This document shows, one piece after another, positions 27,690 through 36,961 of a DNA stretch of 64,000 nt. The notes beneath the pieces were generated by a model that worked only from the letters and a program-made list of their open reading frames with translations, was not told where the DNA came from and made no database searches. The position numbers and the translations under genes are program-made. Source of the DNA: a virus; IMG/VR virus record IMGVR_UViG_3300037264_002228, positions 1 through 64,000 of that record. One strand, given 5' to 3'. Positions within the stretch are counted from its first letter, which is position 1; every line of letters starts with the position of its first letter.

Positions 27690-27733
27690 GCTATGCACTT
27701 GAACTTGTAATATGAATAATAAGGAGATCTAAG

Positions 27734-28009
27734 ATGGTTAAGAGACATTTGTCGCAAAGGGAATTGGCGCAAGCCAAGAGCGCACAGGAATCTGCATTTA
27801 TTACTTTGTATAATCGTACAAAGAGTCAAGCAGTGTCGATTCAATTGCGTGCTCCTAAAGGTGTAGATTTCTACATTGGTGAGCAGACAATAATTTTACA
27901 TTGTGGTAAGACTGCTAAATTCCCTATTTCAAGACTTTACAAAGAGCAGATTGTTAATCACACTAAAGCTGGACGTATTTCGATTTTATCTGGTAGTCTT
28001 GATCTATAA
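27734..28009 (+). CDS. Hypothetical protein
   Basis: 91-aa ORF with RBS AGGAG, just upstream of the sheath gene. Confidence 0.65.
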   Translation: MVKRHLSQRELAQAKSAQESAFITLYNRTKSQAVSIQLRAPKGVDFYIGEQTIILHCGKTAKFPISRLYKEQIVNHTKAGRISILSGSLDL

Positions 28010-28074
28010 TTCGACGTCAAAAATATTCTGAATTGGACGAGGCGCATAAAATTTAAGGCGCTGGAGGATTAAAA

Positions 28075-30906
28075 ATGGCCGTTTTTCTGTCGCCAGGGGT
28101 TTATCCCCGCGAAATAGACCTTAGTGCAATACCAACTAACGTTGGGCCACTAAGACCAGTATTCATAGGCACAGCCAAGAAGGGTCCGGTAAATGTACCA
28201 ACCTTTGTGTCTAACTCTCAACAGTTTATTGACACATTCGGTGAGCCTATTACCGAGTCTCCGCTAGGCTTCGCAGTCCTGAATTACATGGAACAAGGTA
28301 ATCAGGCTTATATACTGCGTGTAGGTGTTGAATGTGAAGAAGGTCAGGTCGATGATTTAGCAGATGTGTGCATTGATACAAGCGGTTTAAAGATAGGCGG
28401 CTGGGGCCGCATTCCATTATTCGCTGGTATCGATTATGGACGCATCTCTCTCCGTGCGCCGAGCGTCGAAGCTCCGTACGAGTTCCATGATGACTCTGTT
28501 TTTAATTTGGATTATAATGACATCGATGTGAGTTCTACTGCAGGCCCAACGACTGCCGCACTAGTATTTACTGTTAGCACATACTTAGATGCTATCGATG
28601 ACCATTTTACTGTTTTAATCACACAAAGCCCAGATCCAATGACTGGATCTACTATTGATGGAGCGAAATTCCAAGTCATCAGAAATAGTGATGGCAAGGT
28701 AACGAATTCTGGTGTAGTAACCGAATTCACTCCAGGAGTTTCTGACCCAATTCAGGTTGGTACTGGCGACGACGATAACGGATTAATTTTCACAATCGTT
28801 GTGACTGGAACTAGCCCAATTGAAGAGAATGACACATTTACATTCCAAGTGGCCCCAGATAATCGCAGTTTTGCATTCTCTGTAGAAGGCGCTGTGGCTA
28901 CTACATTCTCTTTCGGCACTGTGGCGTTTACAGATACTGACACATTTGTCGATGCATTCAACACACTAGTTGGTGCAGGTGAAGATTATGCTGCGCAGAA
29001 TGTAGGTGGAGCACCTCAAATCGTAACTGATACAGCTGGAGACAGACTTCAGTTAACGTTTGGTGAAGCATGGGCACTAGAAGTAGGCTCAGCGCTCTAT
29101 ACATATGATATTCCAAGGAGCTTCTTGATCGGTAATGATACTGGTCCTTTCAATATTACTAGTTCTAACAACCGTGTTAAGATTACTAGTATTGAATCAG
29201 ATTTAACAACAGATTTAGAAATATCTATCCCAAGTGGATTAGGTCAGGATTCTGCAGATATCGCTGCAGCATTGCATCTTGGTGGTATAAAGTTAGGTAG
29301 ACGTTATTTCAACAGCTTCGCATTACAGATTTCTGATACTGATTACATTGTAACAATAGTAGCATCTGATGACGCTATGTTGTCTACACTAAAGATGCAG
29401 GCTAACTATTCTAACTTAAAGACATTGAGATTCTCTGAAGAGTTAGATATTCCATTCCCTTACACAAGGAATTTCAGAGGCTTCTCTGACCCAAGGGTTT
29501 CTCTACCAGCCGGTGGCGAAATTACACCATCTGTTCCTCTCAGTTGTGAAGACGCTCCTGCAAGCGACGAATGTGCCGCAGACAGCGCTTACTATGAGAA
29601 TGTAGTTGGATTCTTGGTCGCCAAGAGCCCTGGAACATGGGTTGACGAACTTCGTGTAAATCTAGAAATCTATAACGAAGTTGGAAACAGGTATTCTATC
29701 AGAATTTACCAAAATGGACTAGAAGTTAGTCGTATCGATGACGTAAGTTTCGATCCGCGTGAGTCAAGATATGCTTCTAATGTTTTGAATTCTGGTAGTA
29801 CTCTTGGTGGTATTAATGGAAACGAATTCGTTGAATTCGAGCCACGTCCAGCATTCTTAAACAACGATCCACTAGATACTATTTCATTTGAGGTTCGTAA
29901 TCCTACGGCATTTAGCAATAGAGATTTCGATGGTCAAGCTAACGGCATTCCAACAGATGCAGTATATAGCTCAGAGCTAGATAGGGCAATCATTGGAAAT
30001 CCTGCAGCATCGACTGGCTTATTTGCTTTCCAGAACCCAGAAGTGTTTGACATTAATCTGTTATGCATTCCTGGAGCGAGCTCTGGTGCCGTAATTGGTC
30101 AAGCCTTACAGCTATGTGAAGGTCGCGGTGACGTATTGTTCATTGTTGATCCTCCATTCGGTTTGAGACCACAGCAAGTTGTTGATTGGCATAACGGCAT
30201 GTTGCTAAGCGACCTGTCGGCAGCCATCAATTCTAGCTATGGTGCTCTATACTGGCCATGGCTGAAGATCTTTAACCAGTTCTCTGGTGAAGAATTGTTC
30301 GTTCCACCAAGCGGATTCGTTTCAGGTGTATTCTCTAAGACCGCACGTGAACGTGAACAATGGTTTGCCCCAGCCGGTCTACAACGTGGTCATTTGCTAA
30401 CGGCTCTTGATGTTGAATTCAATGCAACACAGGGCGAGCGTGACCTACTTTATGGTTCCGGTAATGCAGTTAACCCAATCGTCAAATTCCCACAGGATGG
30501 TATTACGGTCTTCGGTCAGCGTACATTGCAACGTCGTTCAACAGCGCTTGATCGCGTAAACGTAAGAATGTTGTTGATCTTCTTGAAGAAGAATCTAGTC
30601 AGGCTATTGAGATTCTTCCTCTTCGAACCAATAGATCGTCTATTGTATGCCGAAGTGAGATCTGCAATTACGCCATTCCTTGAAGATGTTATGGCACGTA
30701 GAGGCCTACAAGCCTTCAAAGTAATATGCGACGAGTCGAACAATACACCTGAACGTATTGATCGTAACGAATTGCATGTGGCAGTATTGCTGAAGCCTAC
30801 TAGAGCGGCAGAGTTTATCGTTTTGAATCTTGTGATCCTGCGTACGGATCAGAGCTTTGCAGCCGAAGAGGTTCTGGCAGCAGCTGGAGTCGTAACAGGG
30901 GTCTAA
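28075..30906 (+). CDS. Contractile tail sheath protein (gp18-like) with inserted domains
   Basis: FLSPGVYPREIDLS N-terminus; YWPW, PPSG, WFAPAG, GQRTLQ, LDRVNVR, FEP, PTRAAEFI. Confidence 0.97.
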   Translation: MAVFLSPGVYPREIDLSAIPTNVGPLRPVFIGTAKKGPVNVPTFVSNSQQFIDTFGEPITESPLGFAVLNYMEQGNQAYILRVGVECEEGQVDDLADVCIDTSGLKIGGWGRIPLFAGIDYGRISLRAPSVEAPYEFHDDSVFNLDYNDIDVSSTAGPTTAALVFTVSTYLDAIDDHFTVLITQSPDPMTGSTIDGAKFQVIRNSDGKVTNSGVVTEFTPGVSDPIQVGTGDDDNGLIFTIVVTGTSPIEENDTFTFQVAPDNRSFAFSVEGAVATTFSFGTVAFTDTDTFVDAFNTLVGAGEDYAAQNVGGAPQIVTDTAGDRLQLTFGEAWALEVGSALYTYDIPRSFLIGNDTGPFNITSSNNRVKITSIESDLTTDLEISIPSGLGQDSADIAAALHLGGIKLGRRYFNSFALQISDTDYIVTIVASDDAMLSTLKMQANYSNLKTLRFSEELDIPFPYTRNFRGFSDPRVSLPAGGEITPSVPLSCEDAPASDECAADSAYYENVVGFLVAKSPGTWVDELRVNLEIYNEVGNRYSIRIYQNGLEVSRIDDVSFDPRESRYASNVLNSGSTLGGINGNEFVEFEPRPAFLNNDPLDTISFEVRNPTAFSNRDFDGQANGIPTDAVYSSELDRAIIGNPAASTGLFAFQNPEVFDINLLCIPGASSGAVIGQALQLCEGRGDVLFIVDPPFGLRPQQVVDWHNGMLLSDLSAAINSSYGALYWPWLKIFNQFSGEELFVPPSGFVSGVFSKTAREREQWFAPAGLQRGHLLTALDVEFNATQGERDLLYGSGNAVNPIVKFPQDGITVFGQRTLQRRSTALDRVNVRMLLIFLKKNLVRLLRFFLFEPIDRLLYAEVRSAITPFLEDVMARRGLQAFKVICDESNNTPERIDRNELHVAVLLKPTRAAEFIVLNLVILRTDQSFAAEEVLAAAGVVTGV

Positions 30907-30929
30907 TTTTTTAATAGGTAGGAGTCAAA

Positions 30930-31463
30930 ATGCCTGGATTTAACATTGGTGGTGGTGGTGGCGGAAACGAGCCAAGTAACGTCACTGAAACTCGCCGTAA
31001 GCATAGATGGCTCTTCGAAGTTGTAGGTCCTATTCAAAGAGAGGCACTTCTGTTCTTACAGAAAGCCTCCAGACCTAACTTCAAGTATGAAGAAGCTATA
31101 ATGCATCATGACCAAGAACAGGCTTACTTTGCTGGTAAGCAGTCTTGGGAACCAATTACATTAACATGGTATGATGCTGAACAGAGCCCAGACGTGTCAG
31201 AACAAATTCACAATTGGGTATTGACAGTAACGACGAGTGGATTAGGTGCAGGTGGCGGTCCAGTGACTGTTGCAACGCCTCAATCTTACAAGAAGGAAGC
31301 TAAGCTGTCAATGACTGATGGTGCAGGAGCGCCAACTGAAACATGGACACTAAAGGGCGTATGGCCAGCTCAGACAAATTGGGGCGATTTAGATTACACA
31401 AATACTGAAATTCAGTTAGTAGAAGTAACAATGCGATTTGATCGCGCTGTTAAAGACCTATAA
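30930..31463 (+). CDS. Tail tube protein (gp19-like)
   Basis: FAGKQSWEPITLT, W.L.GVWP...WGDLDY...VTMRFD; directly after the sheath gene. Confidence 0.9.
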   Translation: MPGFNIGGGGGGNEPSNVTETRRKHRWLFEVVGPIQREALLFLQKASRPNFKYEEAIMHHDQEQAYFAGKQSWEPITLTWYDAEQSPDVSEQIHNWVLTVTTSGLGAGGGPVTVATPQSYKKEAKLSMTDGAGAPTETWTLKGVWPAQTNWGDLDYTNTEIQLVEVTMRFDRAVKDL

Positions 31464-31487
31464 ACTTCAATTCTCAAAAAATTATCT

Positions 31488-31507
31488 CAACTGTAAATAT
31501 ACAGTTG
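31488..31507. promoter_or_regulatory. Inverted repeat containing the late-promoter-like motif
   Basis: CAACTGTA-AATA-TACAGTTG between the two tube genes. Confidence 0.5.
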
Positions 31508-31517
31508 GGAACTATAT

Positions 31518-32048
31518 ATGCCAGGATTTAATATAGGCGGCCAAGAAGGGCCTAGCAATACTACAGAATTGTATCGTACCTATCGATGGTTTATAGAAAC
31601 AATGATGGTAGATGGGCGATCAATGTTAAATCCATATAAATTGTTGTATGTAAAAAGCATCCAACTACCTGGGTTTAATATCGAAGAAGAAATGATCCAG
31701 GGCTCTGCGATTAAGTACAAATTTGCAAAAACAGTAAATTGGGATGATGTTTTAGTTACATTCTATGATACTGAAGGTATTATGGAAGGTTTAAAGAGTT
31801 GGCAAGATTTGGTTTGGACACCAGAACTGGGTGTCCAACCAGCCAGTAAATATAAAGGTGTAACAACGTTTGTATTAACTAATGGCGAAGGAAGCCCAAC
31901 TGGATTTACATTCATCCTTAGAAATTGCTGGCCAAAAAGCATAAAACATGGGTCATTGTCATATGATAGTAGTGAAATAAAGTTGGTAGAGCTTACTTTG
32001 TCATATGATTGGGCAGAATATGGTACTGCAACTCGAGCCACTCGATAA
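31518..32048 (+). CDS. Second tail-tube paralogue
   Basis: Same MPGFNIGG start as 30930; L.NCWP...GSLSYD...LTLSYD. Confidence 0.85.
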   Translation: MPGFNIGGQEGPSNTTELYRTYRWFIETMMVDGRSMLNPYKLLYVKSIQLPGFNIEEEMIQGSAIKYKFAKTVNWDDVLVTFYDTEGIMEGLKSWQDLVWTPELGVQPASKYKGVTTFVLTNGEGSPTGFTFILRNCWPKSIKHGSLSYDSSEIKLVELTLSYDWAEYGTATRATR

Positions 32049-32102
32049 TTATTAGACTTCATATATCTCAATAATAAATATTTATGTTAGGAGCTTATTT
32101 AT

Positions 32103-32966
32103 ATGACCGAAGACAATAAAGAATTAAAGCCTCAAGACATATTAGACGTAGTTCTAAATATGCCAGAGGACAAGGTAATGCCATGGGAAGATGTGGTATT
32201 ACCTAGTCGTGGATTATATTATGATGGTGCAGTGCCAGATGGGCGCGTAAAAGTTCGTCCAATGGGACTGGCTGCCGATAAAATTCTTGCTACTCAGCGA
32301 CTTGCACAGAGTGGAAAGTCCATTGATTGGCTATTTAGGAAGTGTGTTCAGTTTCCAGATTCAAAATTCGATCCATTGAGTTTACTGGCAGGTGACAGAA
32401 TTTTCTTGCTGTATTATTTGCGAGGCATTACTCACGGAAACATGTATGAATTCGTTGTTAAATGTACGAATGCAGAATGTGAACAATCGAGCACGCATGA
32501 ATACGACTTAAACTTATTGTCATCTACTATTACTAATCCAGAAACTAGTCTTGGTACTGAGCCATTTAAGGTTGTATTACCTCATATGTCTAAAGTTGCT
32601 GGCTCAGATTTTTGGGTAAAAGTTCGTTTCATGCGTGGGTATGATATGCAATCAATGTTGAATCAACGCAAAATGGTTCGTAAAGTTCAAGGTAAGGCTA
32701 TTGAGGCTATAGATGACACTATTGAAGACAATTTAAATATGTTAATAGTAGAAGCTATGGGATCAGAAGATAGAATGAAGATTAAAGGACTTATTAGTCG
32801 TCTACACGCTTCTGATACGGCTGCTATTCGTGAGTTCTTGCGTAAAAACTCGCCTGGTATAGATACTATAACTACTGCTCAATGTCCAAATTGCAGTAAT
32901 GAAATGAAAATGGAGTTGCCTATAACCGAAAGCTTTTTTCGCCCTACGTCCAGCAGAAGCACTTGA
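32103..32966 (+). CDS. Baseplate hub / tail assembly chaperone (T4 gp26/gp51-like)
   Basis: LPSRG..Y, VRPM, GDRIFLL..LRGIT.G, CxxxxC and CPNC, C-terminal SFF. Confidence 0.75.
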   Translation: MTEDNKELKPQDILDVVLNMPEDKVMPWEDVVLPSRGLYYDGAVPDGRVKVRPMGLAADKILATQRLAQSGKSIDWLFRKCVQFPDSKFDPLSLLAGDRIFLLYYLRGITHGNMYEFVVKCTNAECEQSSTHEYDLNLLSSTITNPETSLGTEPFKVVLPHMSKVAGSDFWVKVRFMRGYDMQSMLNQRKMVRKVQGKAIEAIDDTIEDNLNMLIVEAMGSEDRMKIKGLISRLHASDTAAIREFLRKNSPGIDTITTAQCPNCSNEMKMELPITESFFRPTSSRST

Positions 32967-32985
32967 AGAAGAATGGCGTCATCTA

Positions 32986-33171
32986 ATGGAGCAGTCATTT
33001 TTGCTAAAACATTACGGACATGTTAGTTTGCATGAACAAATGGATATGACTGCTGAAGAACGCCATTGGTGGTTGGAGCGGCTGGACAGTGAGAATAGAA
33101 AGGAACGCGATGCTGCCAATAAGCATACGCCTTCTAAAGCTCCACCAACACCAGGAAAGCCGCCGATATAG
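32986..33171 (+). CDS. Small tail-chaperone partner; probably the frameshifted extension of 32103
   Basis: F.L.HYG..S..E...M...ER.WW pattern; its frame is open from 32926 across the T6 run. Confidence 0.65.
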   Translation: MEQSFLLKHYGHVSLHEQMDMTAEERHWWLERLDSENRKERDAANKHTPSKAPPTPGKPPI

Positions 33172-33187
33172 GAATAAAATATAACAT

Positions 33188-33958
33188 ATGGCCAATCTAC
33201 CTAGGATATCAAGTCATACAGGCGGCATTGTTGATTTAAATGTCACATTTTATCGTAATGGCATACCAACAGACCCATATGCAATACGCCGTGTAGACAT
33301 TTATGAAGGTTCTGAAAAACCTGAGAATTTAGTTGCACAGATACCTATTTCTGATTTGTTATATCCAGATCCATTAGTTAGAACATTGCAAGGTACTGGT
33401 AGCCCACTTCTTGGTGTGTTCACTTTGCCATTTGCGATACCAAGCTCATTTAATGCGCCATCTGTTTATTTGGACGTATGGCGTTTTGTCGGTACGGATC
33501 CAGGCACTGGTGGTGACTTGACTGACGAAACAGCGTGGCAGTCACAATGTAATAAATTCTGGGTATTCCCTGATGGATTCTATCTTGATGATGGTTTGAT
33601 TGTTCCACGGTTTGCATTTGAAGCATTAGATATGACTTTTAGAAAACCAGAAGTCAGATCTTTAGAAGTTGGACTAATGCCATTACCATTGTATGATTAT
33701 GATTTTAATAGAATAGCACCAATCATACCGCAACTGAGAGCAACTATTGAGATTAAAACAGAAAATTGCGAAGTATTAGTTGAAGATGTATGTCGTATTG
33801 GAGTTAGACAAGGCAGTTATCGTACCAACCCATTTGTGATTCAATATCAATTGAACACCGCAAATTTCTTAGTTGGGACTTATGTATATCGTATTACACT
33901 TCATCTCCCAAATGGCGAAACAAGAGTATCAGACGATCTAAGAATGACTGTGTACTAA
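33188..33958 (+). CDS. Hypothetical virion-associated protein
   Basis: 256-aa beta-rich ORF; AAATATA-N4-ATG. Confidence 0.6.
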   Translation: MANLPRISSHTGGIVDLNVTFYRNGIPTDPYAIRRVDIYEGSEKPENLVAQIPISDLLYPDPLVRTLQGTGSPLLGVFTLPFAIPSSFNAPSVYLDVWRFVGTDPGTGGDLTDETAWQSQCNKFWVFPDGFYLDDGLIVPRFAFEALDMTFRKPEVRSLEVGLMPLPLYDYDFNRIAPIIPQLRATIEIKTENCEVLVEDVCRIGVRQGSYRTNPFVIQYQLNTANFLVGTYVYRITLHLPNGETRVSDDLRMTVY

Positions 33959-34380
33959 AATCTGCTATACTCTTCTTTAGATTTTATAACAGATTTTAGT
34001 ACATGTAGTTCCTGTATTAGCCAGCATTTCTGAGAACAATATTGGTAATTATTAATACGATTTGTACATTTGGCATGTGTTATTAATTTCTTGGCGTTTA
34101 TGTAATCACCTGACATTAAGAGATTATGGAATTCGCTATCGTCTGATACAACCATAGGTCTGCATAGAGTTGCGTATGGTCCTATAGCAATTATTGGGAA
34201 TTCTTTACATTCTTTAGGTAGACTATAATATTTTGGAACATCAATATCGAAATGCGTATCCCAATCTTTGCCTGGATATGGTCCAACCCACGCTTCTGTA
34301 TAAATATTGAAGTATAGTAAAATACCACCATTGGTCTTGTATATATGATCTACATATTTCGAAGTTTTAATGCGATTCAT
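33955..34380 (-). CDS. Hypothetical protein
   Basis: 141-aa ORF filling the gap; divergent from the primase-like gene. Confidence 0.55.
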   Translation of the reverse strand: MNRIKTSKYVDHIYKTNGGILLYFNIYTEAWVGPYPGKDWDTHFDIDVPKYYSLPKECKEFPIIAIGPYATLCRPMVVSDDSEFHNLLMSGDYINAKKLITHAKCTNRINNYQYCSQKCWLIQELHVLKSVIKSKEEYSRF

Positions 34381-34401
34381 AGTATTTAATATACTACGAT
34401 T

Positions 34402-35427
34402 ATGTCAGTAATTATTCGTCCAGATCAAATTGAATCATGGATAACTAAACACTTCGATTATAAACGTCGGAAGGGTGGTGCTGAATTATTAATTAATAAT
34501 CCATTTGATGGAGACACCAAATTTAAATTCAACATTAATACAGTAAAAGGTGTTTGTCATGATTGGCGTCCTGGTCATCAACATCATGATGGACCGTTCT
34601 TAAGATTCGTACAAAACTTCAAAAAAATATCGTTTTTTGAAGCCGTTCGTGAGGTGTGCGGACAAGAGGTAGACCTAAGATCAATATTTAAATCTGCGAG
34701 GGCGAAGGAAATACAAGAAGACGAACCGGAAATAGTGCCGGATGCCAGCATGCCATCGTCAGCCAAATCGTTTAGAGATATTAATGAAGACGATAAAATA
34801 GGTAAAATAGCATTAAACTATTTAATATCTAGAGGCATTCATATCGAGACAGCATGTAAACATAATCTTCACTATGGCATAGATAAAGTCTATTTTCCAT
34901 ATTATGAATATGGCGTACAAGTATATTGGCAAGCTAGAACAATAACTAGCAAAAGGTTTGAATTCCCTAGTCTTGAGGTTACTAAATATGGGAAAGAACA
35001 TTATTTGTATGGGTTTGATAATGCAGAACCTGGCCAAAATTTGTTTGTTTGCGAATCAATAATAGATTCTATTACATTAGGTGATGGCGCTGTCGCGACT
35101 GGCGGTGCCAGTATGGGTGGTGGAGATGCTGTTAAGAGCAGACACCAGTGTAAAAAGATTAGAGCAATAGGACCTAGTACTATTATATTATCTCCTGATA
35201 GAGACTTTGAGGGTTTGTCGTCAATACTGAAGAATACTGAACTAATTGAGTCGATATGCGATGCTGAAATCAGATTTGTAGTTCCACCTCCACCATTTAA
35301 AGATTGGAACGAGATGTTACAAAAATCTGATGACAAATTGTACCCACGTAAATATGCTGAATCTAATACACTTCCAGTTTCACGTACATTAACATTTCAT
35401 GTCAATAAATTGTTCGCCACGATCTAG
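34402..35427 (+). CDS. DnaG/Toprim primase-like protein
   Basis: YLISRGI, FPYY..G...WQAR, YLYG, FVCESIID, PDRD, KDWNE. Confidence 0.8.
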   Translation: MSVIIRPDQIESWITKHFDYKRRKGGAELLINNPFDGDTKFKFNINTVKGVCHDWRPGHQHHDGPFLRFVQNFKKISFFEAVREVCGQEVDLRSIFKSARAKEIQEDEPEIVPDASMPSSAKSFRDINEDDKIGKIALNYLISRGIHIETACKHNLHYGIDKVYFPYYEYGVQVYWQARTITSKRFEFPSLEVTKYGKEHYLYGFDNAEPGQNLFVCESIIDSITLGDGAVATGGASMGGGDAVKSRHQCKKIRAIGPSTIILSPDRDFEGLSSILKNTELIESICDAEIRFVVPPPPFKDWNEMLQKSDDKLYPRKYAESNTLPVSRTLTFHVNKLFATI

Positions 35428-35449
35428 CCATCCAAATATATAATATCAC

Positions 35450-35734
35450 ATGCAATTATCGTGGTTACAATACCAAAAAGGTAACCAAGCTAAGTATTAT
35501 TTAGTCTTGGTATTATTAGACTTAGAAGATAAATATGTTGCATTAATGGCCAAAGACATTAATGACGCTGATATAACTAATATTAGGAAAAATATGGCAT
35601 TATTGGATAATTATTCAATAGAAGAAAAAATTAAGTGGTTTAAACAACATATTTCTACCTATAATAGAGCGTATCGTGAGTTTAAAAAGAAACAAGCGAA
35701 GATTGATAGTATGTTTCCATTAAAGGCGGTCTAA
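35450..35734 (+). CDS. Hypothetical protein
   Basis: 94-aa ORF; AAATATA upstream. Confidence 0.6.
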   Translation: MQLSWLQYQKGNQAKYYLVLVLLDLEDKYVALMAKDINDADITNIRKNMALLDNYSIEEKIKWFKQHISTYNRAYREFKKKQAKIDSMFPLKAV

Positions 35735-36961
35735 ATGGGCGAACCTATACGTACACATAAGCCAATAGTTGAAATTTCAATAGATGGTGGCTCAGACATT
35801 GGTGCGAATTTTACAAAATTTGAATGGGCTAGTTTTAATAATGGTGGATATATTATTAAAGCTAAAATTTTTGATCCATATTTTAATATATTAAAGAATT
35901 TAGCTACTAAAGGTTATTTAAAAGATGGTAGACAAAAAGAAACAGAAGTAAAATTTAGAATTAAATGGTCATCTGGTAAAGAAACTCAAAACCGCACAGC
36001 ATTCATGACATCGTTAAGTGCGCATGGTGTTAATGAATCTGGTGAAATTGAATTTATAGCCATAGATCCACCAAGTTTTTACTTAAATGAAGGTACTGCT
36101 GATGGCAAAGCATATAAGGGTAATGTAAGTTCTGTTATCAAACAAGTTATAAATGAGTATGCACCGAATGTGTCTCTTGAAGTAACAGAAACAGATGATA
36201 ACAAAGAGAATATTTGGTATATGATGCGTCAGGATCCAAAGACGTTTATACGATCAATGCTTGATTGGTCTGCTAGCATAACACCTAAGAAAACGCATTG
36301 GATTGTTGCTAGTAATGATAAAAAATTAATTATCAAAGAACAAGATGAGATTAAAGTAGAAGATTTCGGTGTTTATCATTTAAATCGTAATGGTCAAACA
36401 GCTAAGGATGTAAAATTATATGAAGTATTGGCTGACAATTTTATAAGCCCGCTACAAACTAAACTCATTACTTCTGGTATATCGGCCATTTCTGGCGAAT
36501 ATCTTGATAAAATCACTGATGCAGAAGAAAATAAAGTTTTTGTTAAAGATGAAAACACAAGTAGTAAAGTAAATGTGAATGTCCAGCCAACGCAGGGCTT
36601 TAAAAAACCAGACAAGAAATGGGCCACTAGTGTAAAATCTATCCCTGAGCATAGCGCTGGTGACCTTGGTATACCATATAGTAAATATATTGATGGAAGA
36701 GCACGCGGCATATTCATGAACATGCTTAATCTTGTCATGCGCATGCGTTTGCGAGTAATAGGCGACTTTATGTTCGATGATAGCAGTAAAATTGGAGTTG
36801 CAAAATGCAATATTAGCTGGAAAGATATAGAAGGAGAACCATATTTCCTTGGAGGGAATTGGTTAATTTACGGCTTTCATCATATAGTATCTGTACAAGA
36901 TTGGGACACAGACCTTTATTTGGCTCGTCTCGATCATGATGCGTCGGCTAAGAAGGTATAA
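35735..36961 (+). CDS. Baseplate hub protein (gp27/gpD-like)
   Basis: KAYKG.VSSVI, FLGGNWLI.G.HH; size and position before the tape measure gene. Confidence 0.6.
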   Translation: MGEPIRTHKPIVEISIDGGSDIGANFTKFEWASFNNGGYIIKAKIFDPYFNILKNLATKGYLKDGRQKETEVKFRIKWSSGKETQNRTAFMTSLSAHGVNESGEIEFIAIDPPSFYLNEGTADGKAYKGNVSSVIKQVINEYAPNVSLEVTETDDNKENIWYMMRQDPKTFIRSMLDWSASITPKKTHWIVASNDKKLIIKEQDEIKVEDFGVYHLNRNGQTAKDVKLYEVLADNFISPLQTKLITSGISAISGEYLDKITDAEENKVFVKDENTSSKVNVNVQPTQGFKKPDKKWATSVKSIPEHSAGDLGIPYSKYIDGRARGIFMNMLNLVMRMRLRVIGDFMFDDSSKIGVAKCNISWKDIEGEPYFLGGNWLIYGFHHIVSVQDWDTDLYLARLDHDASAKKV

